A DNA stretch of 32,000 bases, taken from NCBI GenBank assembly GCA_030668875.1, contig DAOVER010000004.1, positions 73,507-105,506 on the forward strand, written 5' to 3'. Shown here one piece after another: positions 1-8,667 of the stretch. The number at the start of each line of letters is the position of its first letter. Within the stretch, counting starts at the first letter, position 1. The notes below the pieces were generated by a model. That model did no database searches and had not been told where the DNA came from. It was given only the letters and a program-made list of their open reading frames with translations. The position numbers were made by a program, and so were the translations under genes. Source of the stretch: Candidatus Heimdallarchaeota archaeon (lineage in GTDB: Archaea; Asgardarchaeota; Heimdallarchaeia; Heimdallarchaeales; Heimdallarchaeaceae).

Positions 1-1
1 T

Positions 2-1843
2 CATGACTACATGGTCTTGGATTCAAGTACTATTAGAAATCTTGAACTTATTGAAAACTTACGTGACAGGACCGAGTATGGAACTCTTAGGCAAGTATTA
101 GATAATACGAGAACCTTTGCTGGTTCTCGATTATTAACTTCTTGGATTCTTCGACCTAGTCTAAACCATTCTACCATTCAAACACGAATCGATTCTACTG
201 AAGAGCTGTTAAATGATAATATTTTGCGTGATGAAATTCGAGATGTTTTGGGTAGAATGAATGATCTTGAAAGACTTATCAGCCGTGTATGCTTGGGCAG
301 AAGCAAACCTCGTGATTTATTGGCACTTAGACATTCCTTGGAATTAATACCCTCACTAAAAGACCTCCTCTCAAAAACTAAAACCTCTTTACTTCAAGAA
401 ATCAGAGAAAACCTTGATCCCGTTCAAAAGGCAGTTGATACAATTACTAAAGGAATTGAAGATGAGGTTCCCGCAAGTATCAAAGATGGAAATGTGGTAA
501 GAGAAGGATATAATGATGAGTTAGATGAATTAAGGAAGATACAAAAAAGTGGGAAATCTTTTCTAGCTTCATTAGAAGCTAGAGAGAAAGTTCAAACTGG
601 TATAAAGACCCTCAAAGTAAGATTTAACAAAGTTTTTGGTTATTATATTGAGATACCAAAATCCGTTTCAGAAAACGTTCCTCCAGAATACGAACGGAAA
701 CAAACATTGGTTAATGCTGAAAGGTTCATAACTCCAGAATTAAAGGAGTATGAGGAAAAAATACTGAATGCAGAAGAAAAGATACTAGTATTAGAAGAAC
801 GACTATTTAACGAAATACTTGAAGAAATCAGTAAACATGCAACAGAAATTCAATTAGACGCATATAATTGTGCAATATTAGATGTGATAACTACCTTTGC
901 ACAAAATGCTGTTTACTATAATTACATCAAACCAGAAATAATTGATAAGGATATATTGAAAATCAAAGGAGGACGTCATCCAGTAGTTGAGCAATTGCTT
1001 GAACGAACAACATTTATCCCAAACGATACTGTTCTCAAGAAAGATTCCGAGAGAATATTGATAATTACGGGGCCCAACATGGGCGGAAAAAGCACTTTAT
1101 TAAGACAAGTGGCTTTAATTGTCTTAATGGCTCAAATTGGAAGTTTTGTTCCTGCTACTTCTGCAAAAATTGGACTAACTGACAGAATATTTACAAGAAT
1201 TGGTGCCCATGATATTATTGTTGAAAATAGATCTACTTTCATGGTGGAAATGTATGAATGTGCAAACATTCTAAATAATGCTACAGAAAGAAGCATAGTT
1301 ATCCTAGACGAGGTTGGTAGAGGAACTTCTACATATGATGGTGTAGCCATTGCTTGGTCAATAACCGAATATCTTCACAATAATATTGGTGAAGTTGGAC
1401 CAAGAACAATGTTTGCAACACATTATCATGAACTCATAGAATTGGAAGAATTGTGGCCCAGAGTAAAAAATTATCATGCTTCAGTTAAGAACGTTAATGG
1501 TGAAATTCATTTCTTGTATAAAGTTAAAGAGGGTGGTATAAGTGAAAGTTTCGGGATTCATGTTGCTTCTTTAGCTGGATTACCACAGAAAGTTATAAAA
1601 GATGCAGATGCGATGCTTTCGATTTTGCACAGACAAGAGAAAAAAGAAAATGAAAAACTTGGTCACAAAAAAACTGTAAAAAGAAAAACCAAAGAAGAAG
1701 ATCAAACACTAATTGAAGAGGGCACACAACTGTTAGACGAAATCTCAGGTATCAATACTGACAGAATCACTCCAATAGAAGCTTTTAATTTATTGAACCA
1801 ACTAGTAGAGAAAAGTAAGAAATATCTTGAAAAAGATAAGTAA
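2..1843 (+). CDS. mutS: DNA mismatch repair protein MutS (MutS1), 5'-partial
   Basis: Walker A GPNMGGKST, STFMVEM, ILDEVGRGTSTYDG, FATHYHEL and SFGIHVASLAGLP motifs. The frame is open to the window edge (CAT GAC TAC before ATG 11), and YMVLDSSTIRNLEL is an internal MutS segment, so the N-terminal mismatch-binding domain lies outside the window. Confidence 0.97.
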   Translation, partial: HDYMVLDSSTIRNLELIENLRDRTEYGTLRQVLDNTRTFAGSRLLTSWILRPSLNHSTIQTRIDSTEELLNDNILRDEIRDVLGRMNDLERLISRVCLGRSKPRDLLALRHSLELIPSLKDLLSKTKTSLLQEIRENLDPVQKAVDTITKGIEDEVPASIKDGNVVREGYNDELDELRKIQKSGKSFLASLEAREKVQTGIKTLKVRFNKVFGYYIEIPKSVSENVPPEYERKQTLVNAERFITPELKEYEEKILNAEEKILVLEERLFNEILEEISKHATEIQLDAYNCAILDVITTFAQNAVYYNYIKPEIIDKDILKIKGGRHPVVEQLLERTTFIPNDTVLKKDSERILIITGPNMGGKSTLLRQVALIVLMAQIGSFVPATSAKIGLTDRIFTRIGAHDIIVENRSTFMVEMYECANILNNATERSIVILDEVGRGTSTYDGVAIAWSITEYLHNNIGEVGPRTMFATHYHELIELEELWPRVKNYHASVKNVNGEIHFLYKVKEGGISESFGIHVASLAGLPQKVIKDADAMLSILHRQEKKENEKLGHKKTVKRKTKEEDQTLIEEGTQLLDEISGINTDRITPIEAFNLLNQLVEKSKKYLEKDK

Positions 1844-1861
1844 TAACACGGACAGAAGTAG

Positions 1862-1878
1862 TTTTCTTACTAAGAAAA
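1862..1878. repeat. Perfect inverted repeat TTTTCTTA-C-TAAGAAAA between mutS and mutL
   Basis: 8-bp arms with a 1-nt spacer, read directly. Function unknown, and AT-rich so could be chance. Confidence 0.4.
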
Positions 1879-1899
1879 AAGGAATAGAATTTTGGTTGT

Positions 1900-3732
1900 T
1901 TGAAGAAAATGATTATTGAACTTGATACTCTCACTATAAATAAAATTGCCGCTGGAGAGGTTATAGAGCGACCTGCCTCTGTTGTTAAAGAACTTGTAGA
2001 AAATTCCATTGATGCTGGAAGTACTCAAATTAAAGTTGTCCTTCAGGAAGGGGGGAAGAAACTCATTGAAGTTACAGATAATGGTTCAGGAATGAATCAT
2101 GATGACGCTTTGTTATCAATCAAAAGTCATACAACAAGTAAAATTGCTACAGCTGAAGATTTGTTTTCAATTGCAAGTTTAGGCTTTAGAGGTGAAGCTT
2201 TAGCTAGTGTAGTAAGTGTTGCCCAAGTTGAAATTTTTACCAAAAGGGAAACTGACGAACTAGGAACACATATTCAAGTTGAAGGAGGTAAAATCCTTCT
2301 TGATAAAAATATCTCCGTAGCAAGTGGGACTAAAATTACCGTAAGGAATTTATTTTATAATGTGCCTGTAAGAAGAAGGTTTCTAAAGTCTGAAACAACT
2401 GAAATGAATCATATTACAGAATACCTCACAAAGCTAGCTTTGGCATTCCCAGAAATATCCTTTTCCCTAGATCATAACAATCGTAGTGTGATAACTGCTC
2501 CTAAAGGAGACCTTATCTCTCAAATAAATTCCATATTTGGAAAAAACATTGCAAAAGCATGTATTCCGGTTTCTAAGACAGAAGATGAATACACAGTTAC
2601 CGGTTTTATAACCAAACCAGAATTTTCTAGAAAATCTAGGGACTATCTTTATATCTTCGTTTTAAACCGACCTATCGTAAATAAAGTAATCACCGATGCG
2701 ATTCTTCGTGGATATAGTACAGCACTGCCACATAATAGAACCCCCATAGTTTTTCTAAATATCACAGTTCCAAAGAATGAAGTTGATGTTAATGTTCATC
2801 CCACGAAAAAAGAAGTTCGTTTTAGTAAAGAAGCTAAATTGTTTAGCCTAGTTGAACTTGCAGTAAAAGAATCTCTAGAAAAAAGCGGATTAGAGATATT
2901 TGAAAGGGTATCAGAACCAAAACACAAGCCCACAATGCTAGATCAACATTCAGCGCCAAAGGTAGTTTCTAAGACACAACCCACCCAAATACGATCATCA
3001 CCTTCTCCTCCTTTAGTTCAAGATAAAGTGGGGTATAAGGTAGTGAAAACAAGAGATAAATCAATTGATCATTTCTTACCTTCTACTCACAGAGGAACTT
3101 CATATCAAAAACAAGAGCATTCGCCAAAACCACTGATTAAAATCCTTGGAATAATCAAGGATACTTACATTATAGCTGAAACGAATGAAGGTCTTCTATT
3201 ATGTGATCAACATGCTGCTCATGAGAAAATTAATTATTCTAAATATGTTGATCAAATTGAAAGAAAAAAAATTAGTGTTCAAAGTTTACTCGCACCAGTT
3301 TCAGTTAGTATAAAACCTTCAGAGTTAGAAGTTATTAATGATCTTAAAACTAAATTGAAAGAATATGGTTTTGAATTAGAAATTTTCGGTAAAAATGAGA
3401 TTCTAATACGTTCAATTCCTTCGATAATGGGCGTTGCTATTTCATATGACTTAGCAAAAGATTTGATTGACATATTTAAAGAAAATATAGACCAGATTAA
3501 CAAACAAACAACGCTTGAAGATTTAGGTTTTATAAAAGACATAGTTTCTATCTTTGCATGTCGAAGATCCATTAAAGCCGGTGACAAAATCTCAGTTAGT
3601 GAAGCTGAATCATTGATTGAAAATCTCTTAAAATTAGAAGAACCTTATACGTGTCCTCATGGGCGTCCAACAATGGTTATCTTGAATCAGAAGTATATCG
3701 AAGAAATATTCCAAAGAGATTACAAATCATAA
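1900..3732 (+). CDS. mutL: DNA mismatch repair endonuclease MutL (probable start ATG 1909)
   Basis: GHKL motifs INKIAAGEVIERPASVVKELVENSIDAG, DNGSGM and LGFRGEALAS; VDVNVHPTKKEVRF; C-terminal DQHAAHE, QSLLAP, FACR and CPHGRP. Confidence 0.97.
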   Translation: MKKMIIELDTLTINKIAAGEVIERPASVVKELVENSIDAGSTQIKVVLQEGGKKLIEVTDNGSGMNHDDALLSIKSHTTSKIATAEDLFSIASLGFRGEALASVVSVAQVEIFTKRETDELGTHIQVEGGKILLDKNISVASGTKITVRNLFYNVPVRRRFLKSETTEMNHITEYLTKLALAFPEISFSLDHNNRSVITAPKGDLISQINSIFGKNIAKACIPVSKTEDEYTVTGFITKPEFSRKSRDYLYIFVLNRPIVNKVITDAILRGYSTALPHNRTPIVFLNITVPKNEVDVNVHPTKKEVRFSKEAKLFSLVELAVKESLEKSGLEIFERVSEPKHKPTMLDQHSAPKVVSKTQPTQIRSSPSPPLVQDKVGYKVVKTRDKSIDHFLPSTHRGTSYQKQEHSPKPLIKILGIIKDTYIIAETNEGLLLCDQHAAHEKINYSKYVDQIERKKISVQSLLAPVSVSIKPSELEVINDLKTKLKEYGFELEIFGKNEILIRSIPSIMGVAISYDLAKDLIDIFKENIDQINKQTTLEDLGFIKDIVSIFACRRSIKAGDKISVSEAESLIENLLKLEEPYTCPHGRPTMVILNQKYIEEIFQRDYKS

Positions 3733-3748
3733 GTAAGGTGTTTATCAA

Positions 3749-4504
3749 TTGTTAAATGAGAAAGAGAAAGAAAAGTATAATCGTCAGCTCATTATTCCCG
3801 GTTTTGGTTCTGAAGGTCAACAAAAACTTAAATCAAGCAAAGTGCTTGTAGTAGGATTAGGTGGTTTAGGTTCAGGTGTTCTTTACTATCTTGCAAGTGC
3901 TGGGATTGGTACGATAGGAATTGTTGATAAAGACAATGTTGAATTATCAAATCTTAATAGACAAATATTACACAATGAAGAAAATTTGAATCAATCAAAA
4001 ACAGATTCTGCTAGCGAGAAAATACAAAAAATGAATAAAGATATTAAAATCATACCTTATAATGAACCACTAACTCAAGAAAACGCAGAAGATATACTGT
4101 CTGGTTATGATTTTGTTGTTGAAGCTAGTGACAATTTTGAAACTAAATTTCTAGTTAATGATTTTTGTATAAAGCTGGGAATACCTTTTGTTATAGGTGG
4201 TGTTCTGCAATTTGAAGGACAACTAATGACAGTTCTTCCAGGGAAGTCAGCGTGTTATCGCTGCATATTCAAAGAATTACCTGAAAAGGGAAGTTACCCT
4301 ACAACAGACAAAGAAGGAATTGTTGGCACAGTTGCGGGATTATTTGGGGTAATTGAGGCAAACGAAACTATAAAATACATTGTCTTTGAAGACCCAGAAA
4401 AACTGCTAACTAACAAAATCCTCTACATAGAGCTAAAAAGTAATAATTTTGAAGTTTACGGCATTAAAAGGGACGAAAACTGCGCTATTTGTTCCAAAAA
4501 GTGA
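3749..4504 (+). CDS. ThiF/MoeB/HesA family E1-like activating enzyme
   Basis: RQLIIPGFGSEGQQKL, GLGGLG, VELSNLNRQILH, and Zn-binding CYRC ... CAIC. TTG start preceded by SD-like AAGGTG (3735-3740). Confidence 0.92.
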   Translation: MLNEKEKEKYNRQLIIPGFGSEGQQKLKSSKVLVVGLGGLGSGVLYYLASAGIGTIGIVDKDNVELSNLNRQILHNEENLNQSKTDSASEKIQKMNKDIKIIPYNEPLTQENAEDILSGYDFVVEASDNFETKFLVNDFCIKLGIPFVIGGVLQFEGQLMTVLPGKSACYRCIFKELPEKGSYPTTDKEGIVGTVAGLFGVIEANETIKYIVFEDPEKLLTNKILYIELKSNNFEVYGIKRDENCAICSKK

Positions 4505-4572
4505 CATTGATACATTAGAATAATTATTTTGGCTTAAAAAAATGATTTAAAAGATGGAAAAAGTGATGATAT

Positions 4573-5295
4573 TTGAAATCAATGAAAAAGGAAATAATTG
4601 AACCTGAAGAACAAGAGGATTTATTCAGATATACACCTCTTCAACGTCTTCTTGGTCACCATTTACTAGATAAACAAAGTTTCACGAATATGCCCAAAGC
4701 ATACATGATTGCAACACCAATAATTGTTGTAGCTCTTATTCTCGCATTGAACTTAGTTAATTTCGCTATTTTAGCCAGTAAAATGCAATTAGTTCCCGCA
4801 GATGAAAATGCAATAGCTCTCTTTAAAGAAAGCATCTATTTTGGTGTTCTGATTAGTGTCGTCCCTCAGATTCTATTATGGTCGGTAATCGTTCATGGTT
4901 TGATGGTCTTCTTAGAAGGGAAAGGTAAATTCCTGAAATCTCTCTCCATTTACTCAACAGCTCAAATACCAGTTGTTCTAGGTTTAATCATACTTACAAT
5001 AGTTGCTAGTACTCAAACCCGAACTGTCATTTATCCATATGGATTTCCTCTTATGGGATCCTACTTATTCCAACAAACTACAGTAACCTTCAGTTATGAC
5101 ATCTTTCAAATCTTCAACGTGTTCTCCAGCAATTACACTTTGGCAAGTAATATTATTGTACCTCTAACATACTTGTATGCAATGATAATTGCAGCTGTAG
5201 GTTTGAGTTCAGAGCACAAAGTTCCTTTAATGATTAGCCTTTTTGTAACTGGTCTAGCCTATGTTGCTACACTGATTTTCTACTTCCTTGTATGA
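4573..5295 (+). CDS. Yip1-domain multi-pass membrane protein
   Basis: About 5 hydrophobic segments; the pattern ...LMVFLEGKGKFLKSLSIYSTAQIPVVL matches the Yip1 G-G-x-F...Y-x-x-x-P signature (by eye). Confidence 0.65.
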   Translation: MKSMKKEIIEPEEQEDLFRYTPLQRLLGHHLLDKQSFTNMPKAYMIATPIIVVALILALNLVNFAILASKMQLVPADENAIALFKESIYFGVLISVVPQILLWSVIVHGLMVFLEGKGKFLKSLSIYSTAQIPVVLGLIILTIVASTQTRTVIYPYGFPLMGSYLFQQTTVTFSYDIFQIFNVFSSNYTLASNIIVPLTYLYAMIIAAVGLSSEHKVPLMISLFVTGLAYVATLIFYFLV

Positions 5296-5326
5296 TTTGT
5301 TTATTCTTTTCTTTCTTTTCATTTCT
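5296..5326 (+). terminator. U-rich archaeal-type terminator tract
   Basis: TTTGTTTATTCTTTTCTTTCTTTTCATTTCT immediately after the stop codon at 5295. Confidence 0.55.
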
Positions 5327-5366
5327 ATTAATAATCTTTAAAGCATCATTATGAAATTATAGTACA

Positions 5367-6368
5367 ATGAAGAAAAAACTTGAAGTAGCCTTAGTTGGTT
5401 GTGGTGCTGTTGCAGAATATTACCACTTGCCTGTTTTGCAAAGAATGCCAGAATATAATGTAAAATATCTTGTGGATTTAAGCAAAGATAGGGCAGAAAC
5501 AATCAAGAAACGTTTTCGGATGAGTTCTAAAACTGAAACGAATTTTGAGAAAATTTTAAACGATGACCAACTAGATGCCGTAATGATTCTTACTCCACCC
5601 ACACTTCATAAAGATCAAATATTCTTAGCAGCAGAGGCAAAAAAAGCAATATTCTGCGAGAAACCATTATCAATGAATGTCAATGAGGCTGTAGAGATTG
5701 TTGGTATATGCAAGAAAAATGATGTTCCTATTCTCCCAGGTTATCAAATGCGTTTTGATGGAAAGTATTCAAAGATTAAAGAACTCATAGATAAGAAAAT
5801 GTTTGGAGAACTCATAGGAGGACAAGGATTGCACTTTGCTAATGCATTTGAATGGCCAAGTGTTTCTAAGTTTCAAATAGATGATAAGAAAGGTGGGGGG
5901 GCACTATTTGAGATGATGCATTTTGTAGATTTATCAACCTGGTATTTTGGTAAAGCAATATCTATGACTGCGACAATATCTAAAAAGAAGAAGAAATCAC
6001 CTATAGATGACACTGCAAACTTGCACATAACCTTTGAAAATGATGTTTCGGTTTCATTAAGTATAGGTTGGAACACCATAACTGTAAATTCTTTTACTGT
6101 TTATGGAACAGAGGGATATTTACGAGCATTATCGGATTCAAAGAAAATGCAGTATCATGCTAAAAATTTCCTTGCTCAACAACCTATTCTAATTAAGCCT
6201 AATCATACCATCTCGCCTTTTCAAGATGAGTTGCTACATTTCTATAGAATTATTACCGAGAACAAAACCCCAATGATAACACAACAAGAAATTATTCAAA
6301 ATGCGAAAATTGTTGAAATAGCTTACAGTGAATCAAGCAAAAACAAGACCATGATGTTGGAGGATTAA
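5367..6368 (+). CDS. Gfo/Idh/MocA family NAD(P)-dependent oxidoreductase (WbpB-like by context)
   Basis: VALVGCGAVA Rossmann motif, LTPPTLH, IFCEKPLS, GGGALFEMMHFVDL. Confidence 0.9.
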   Translation: MKKKLEVALVGCGAVAEYYHLPVLQRMPEYNVKYLVDLSKDRAETIKKRFRMSSKTETNFEKILNDDQLDAVMILTPPTLHKDQIFLAAEAKKAIFCEKPLSMNVNEAVEIVGICKKNDVPILPGYQMRFDGKYSKIKELIDKKMFGELIGGQGLHFANAFEWPSVSKFQIDDKKGGGALFEMMHFVDLSTWYFGKAISMTATISKKKKKSPIDDTANLHITFENDVSVSLSIGWNTITVNSFTVYGTEGYLRALSDSKKMQYHAKNFLAQQPILIKPNHTISPFQDELLHFYRIITENKTPMITQQEIIQNAKIVEIAYSESSKNKTMMLED

Positions 6369-6369
6369 C

Positions 6370-7434
6370 ATGCTTCCCCGAGTTATTGTGTCTAAGATAC
6401 TCAGCCCTAAAGATGTTAATAAGAGGGTTAGTCAATCTCTTGATGCCTTGTCAACTGCTTTTGTTGATGACGATTTAGTGGCTATCAAACCCAATTTATG
6501 TGACTTTAGACCTTATGAACAAGGCGGAACTACTGATCCAAACATAATCGAAGCAATTATTGTTTATATTCGAAAGCAATCATCCTGTCAAATCGCTATT
6601 GTTGAAAGCGATCATGCTCTTGCTACAGCTGATGAAGAATTCCAAAGAATGAACTATAGTTACCTTGAAGACAAATATGAAAATGTGAGTTTGGTTAACT
6701 TAACAACTGATGCTCAAAAGCAGATAGCTGTTGATGGATATTATTTTCAAGAATTAACAGTAGCAGAGACTTTACTCAAAATGACCAAGTTCATCAATGT
6801 TGCGAAACTAAAAACACATACACTGACAAGAATAACATGTATTTTGAAAAACCAATTTGGTTTGATATCTAGAAGATACAAGAAGCGATATCACCCAGTT
6901 CTTAGCGAGGTTTTACTCGATTTAATTGGTTTATTCCCTCCAGATATTTCAGTTGTAGATGGAATATATTCGATGGAAGGTGCTGGTCCTTCTGATGGAG
7001 ATTTAAGAAAAACAAACATTCTACTTTTTGGCGATAATCCAATTGTAACTGATGTTGTAGCAGCAAAAATCATGGGAATTAAACCAAGTAGAGTTCCAGT
7101 CTTGAGACTAGCTAAGAGGAAGAGAATTAGTGATTTAAACCACGAGAAAATTGAAAGCTTACCCAACTTCCGCTTCAAGCAGGCTCCTTGGTATTCTTTT
7201 GCAGCTAGGCGTTTTGGTTTAAAATATCAGAAGAGAGCAGCCAAACGATATAAGAAGAAAATAGAACATGCGAAATTCATCTCTGATGTGGCAGCAGGAT
7301 TTATTGTTATTCAACAAGGTAAATATCCTACCTTACAATCAGGATTAATTGATCGAAAAATATTCTGGAGAGTTGTAAAGAGCATGATTAGAAGACCATT
7401 TGTGTTGCTCAATCATAGGTTAAAAGGCATCTGA
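6370..7434 (+). CDS. DUF362 domain protein with basic C-terminal extension
   Basis: VAIKPNLC, TTDPNIIEA, AKLKTHTLTRITCILKNQFG, VVDGIYSMEGAGP and NPIVTDVVAAKIMG are typical DUF362 blocks. Starts 1 nt after the upstream stop. Confidence 0.8.
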   Translation: MLPRVIVSKILSPKDVNKRVSQSLDALSTAFVDDDLVAIKPNLCDFRPYEQGGTTDPNIIEAIIVYIRKQSSCQIAIVESDHALATADEEFQRMNYSYLEDKYENVSLVNLTTDAQKQIAVDGYYFQELTVAETLLKMTKFINVAKLKTHTLTRITCILKNQFGLISRRYKKRYHPVLSEVLLDLIGLFPPDISVVDGIYSMEGAGPSDGDLRKTNILLFGDNPIVTDVVAAKIMGIKPSRVPVLRLAKRKRISDLNHEKIESLPNFRFKQAPWYSFAARRFGLKYQKRAAKRYKKKIEHAKFISDVAAGFIVIQQGKYPTLQSGLIDRKIFWRVVKSMIRRPFVLLNHRLKGI

Positions 7435-7488
7435 ATCTTACACAATAGTCAAGTAAACTTTTTTATGTCCTTGTAGTTTATTGGATTC

Positions 7489-8058
7489 ATGAGTGATGAT
7501 AAGAACTATTTTGTCCATCCAACAGCATTTGTTGAAGATAATGTGACAATTGGTGAAGGAACAAAGATCTGGCACTTTGGACAAGTTCGAACTGGAGCTA
7601 AACTCGGAAAGAATTGCATTTTAGGTAAATCTTCCTTTATTGATACCAATGTCTCAATTGGTAATAATGTAAAAATACAGAATTTCGTTTCAGTTTATCA
7701 CGGAGTAATTATACAAGACGATGTATTTGTGGGTCCTCATGTTTGCTTTACTAATGATTATTTGCCTAGAGCTAATTATCCAGATTGGGAATTAGTTGAA
7801 ACTTTAGTGAAGAAAGGAGCATCACTCGGTGCTAATTCTACAATCGTTTGTGGAATTACAATAGGAGAATATTCAATGATTGGTGCAGGCAGCGTAGTAA
7901 CAAAAAGTACCAATCCATTCACCCTAGTTTTTGGAAATCCAGCAAAATTGAGAGGGTATGTTTGTTATTGTGGAAATATTATCCAAAAAACAAATCAGCC
8001 TTTACCAGTTGGTAGCACTTTACAGTGTGAAAAATGTAATAAGAAAATAGAAGTCTAA
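7489..8058 (+). CDS. Hexapeptide-repeat N-acetyltransferase, WbpD/WlbB-like (UDP-3-amino sugar N-acetyltransferase)
   Basis: HPTAFVE, TKIWHF, NVKIQNFVSVYHGV, FVGPHVCFTND, GASLGANSTIVCG, GNPAK, and a C-terminal CxC...CxxC ribbon. Confidence 0.85.
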   Translation: MSDDKNYFVHPTAFVEDNVTIGEGTKIWHFGQVRTGAKLGKNCILGKSSFIDTNVSIGNNVKIQNFVSVYHGVIIQDDVFVGPHVCFTNDYLPRANYPDWELVETLVKKGASLGANSTIVCGITIGEYSMIGAGSVVTKSTNPFTLVFGNPAKLRGYVCYCGNIIQKTNQPLPVGSTLQCEKCNKKIEV

Positions 8059-8136
8059 ACTTATTTTAAACAAAAACGTCTAGTTAAAAATACATAACCT
8101 TCATCCATATTATCTTACTCTAAATATCCGGCATAA

Positions 8137-8150
8137 ACCTTAAATAAGGT
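8137..8150. promoter_or_regulatory. Inverted repeat ACCTT-AAAT-AAGGT overlapping a TATA-like TTAAATA upstream of the RHH gene
   Basis: 5-bp arms flanking a TATA-like core (8140-8146), read directly. Operator role is inference. Confidence 0.35.
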
Positions 8151-8276
8151 ATGTGGTTGAGGGTACTTCACTAAGTCATCTAGTATGATGCTGCTGTGTT
8201 ACAAATATATAAATTAGATAAAGCTCATATTAGAAAATGATTCAGATTTGAGGATTTTAAAACTAGGGGTAATCAT

Positions 8277-8486
8277 ATGAATTTAATATCAATCAGACTT
8301 CCGAGCGAGTTCGTAGAAATACTTGATGAAATGGTTCTGCAGGGGAGATATGCATCAAGATCAGAGGCAATTAGACTAGCGTTACGTGATTTTTACAGAG
8401 AGCATTATGCAGTGAAACAATCAACTGATTTTCGTTTTCCAAATATGGAATATTCTTACAATAATGTTATTTTTGAAGATGACTAA
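8277..8486 (+). CDS. Small ribbon-helix-helix (CopG/CdrS-like) transcription regulator
   Basis: LISIRLPSEFVEILDEMV...YASRSEAIRLALRD is a classic RHH pattern. Confidence 0.9.
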   Translation: MNLISIRLPSEFVEILDEMVLQGRYASRSEAIRLALRDFYREHYAVKQSTDFRFPNMEYSYNNVIFEDD

Positions 8487-8487
8487 T

Positions 8488-8521
8488 CTATCTCCTCTCT
8501 TTTCTTTCTTTTGCACTTTTT
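8488..8521 (+). terminator. Polypyrimidine terminator tract
   Basis: TCTATCTCCTCTCTTTTCTTTCTTTTGCACTTTT directly after the RHH stop. Confidence 0.55.
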
Positions 8522-8537
8522 GAACAATCGTTAGATT

Positions 8538-8580
8538 TAACAGATTATTTGAGGTATAAACAATTACCAAATCTCTGTTA
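8538..8580. repeat. Imperfect long inverted repeat upstream of the exosortase gene
   Basis: TAACAGA/TCTGTTA outer arms with inner ATTTG/CAAAT and GGTA/TACC pairs. Confidence 0.4.
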
Positions 8581-8667
8581 CTTAGCTCAATTATATTTGC
8601 ATAACTATAAAATAGAGATAAGAAATCTCATAGTATAACTACATTAGAGTTTAACAAAGGTGTAAAC

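Noticed and set aside
2-1843. Short (610 aa) MutS lacking the mismatch-binding domain, as a novel truncated paralogue
   Set aside because: The frame is open to the window edge; the truncation is a windowing artefact.
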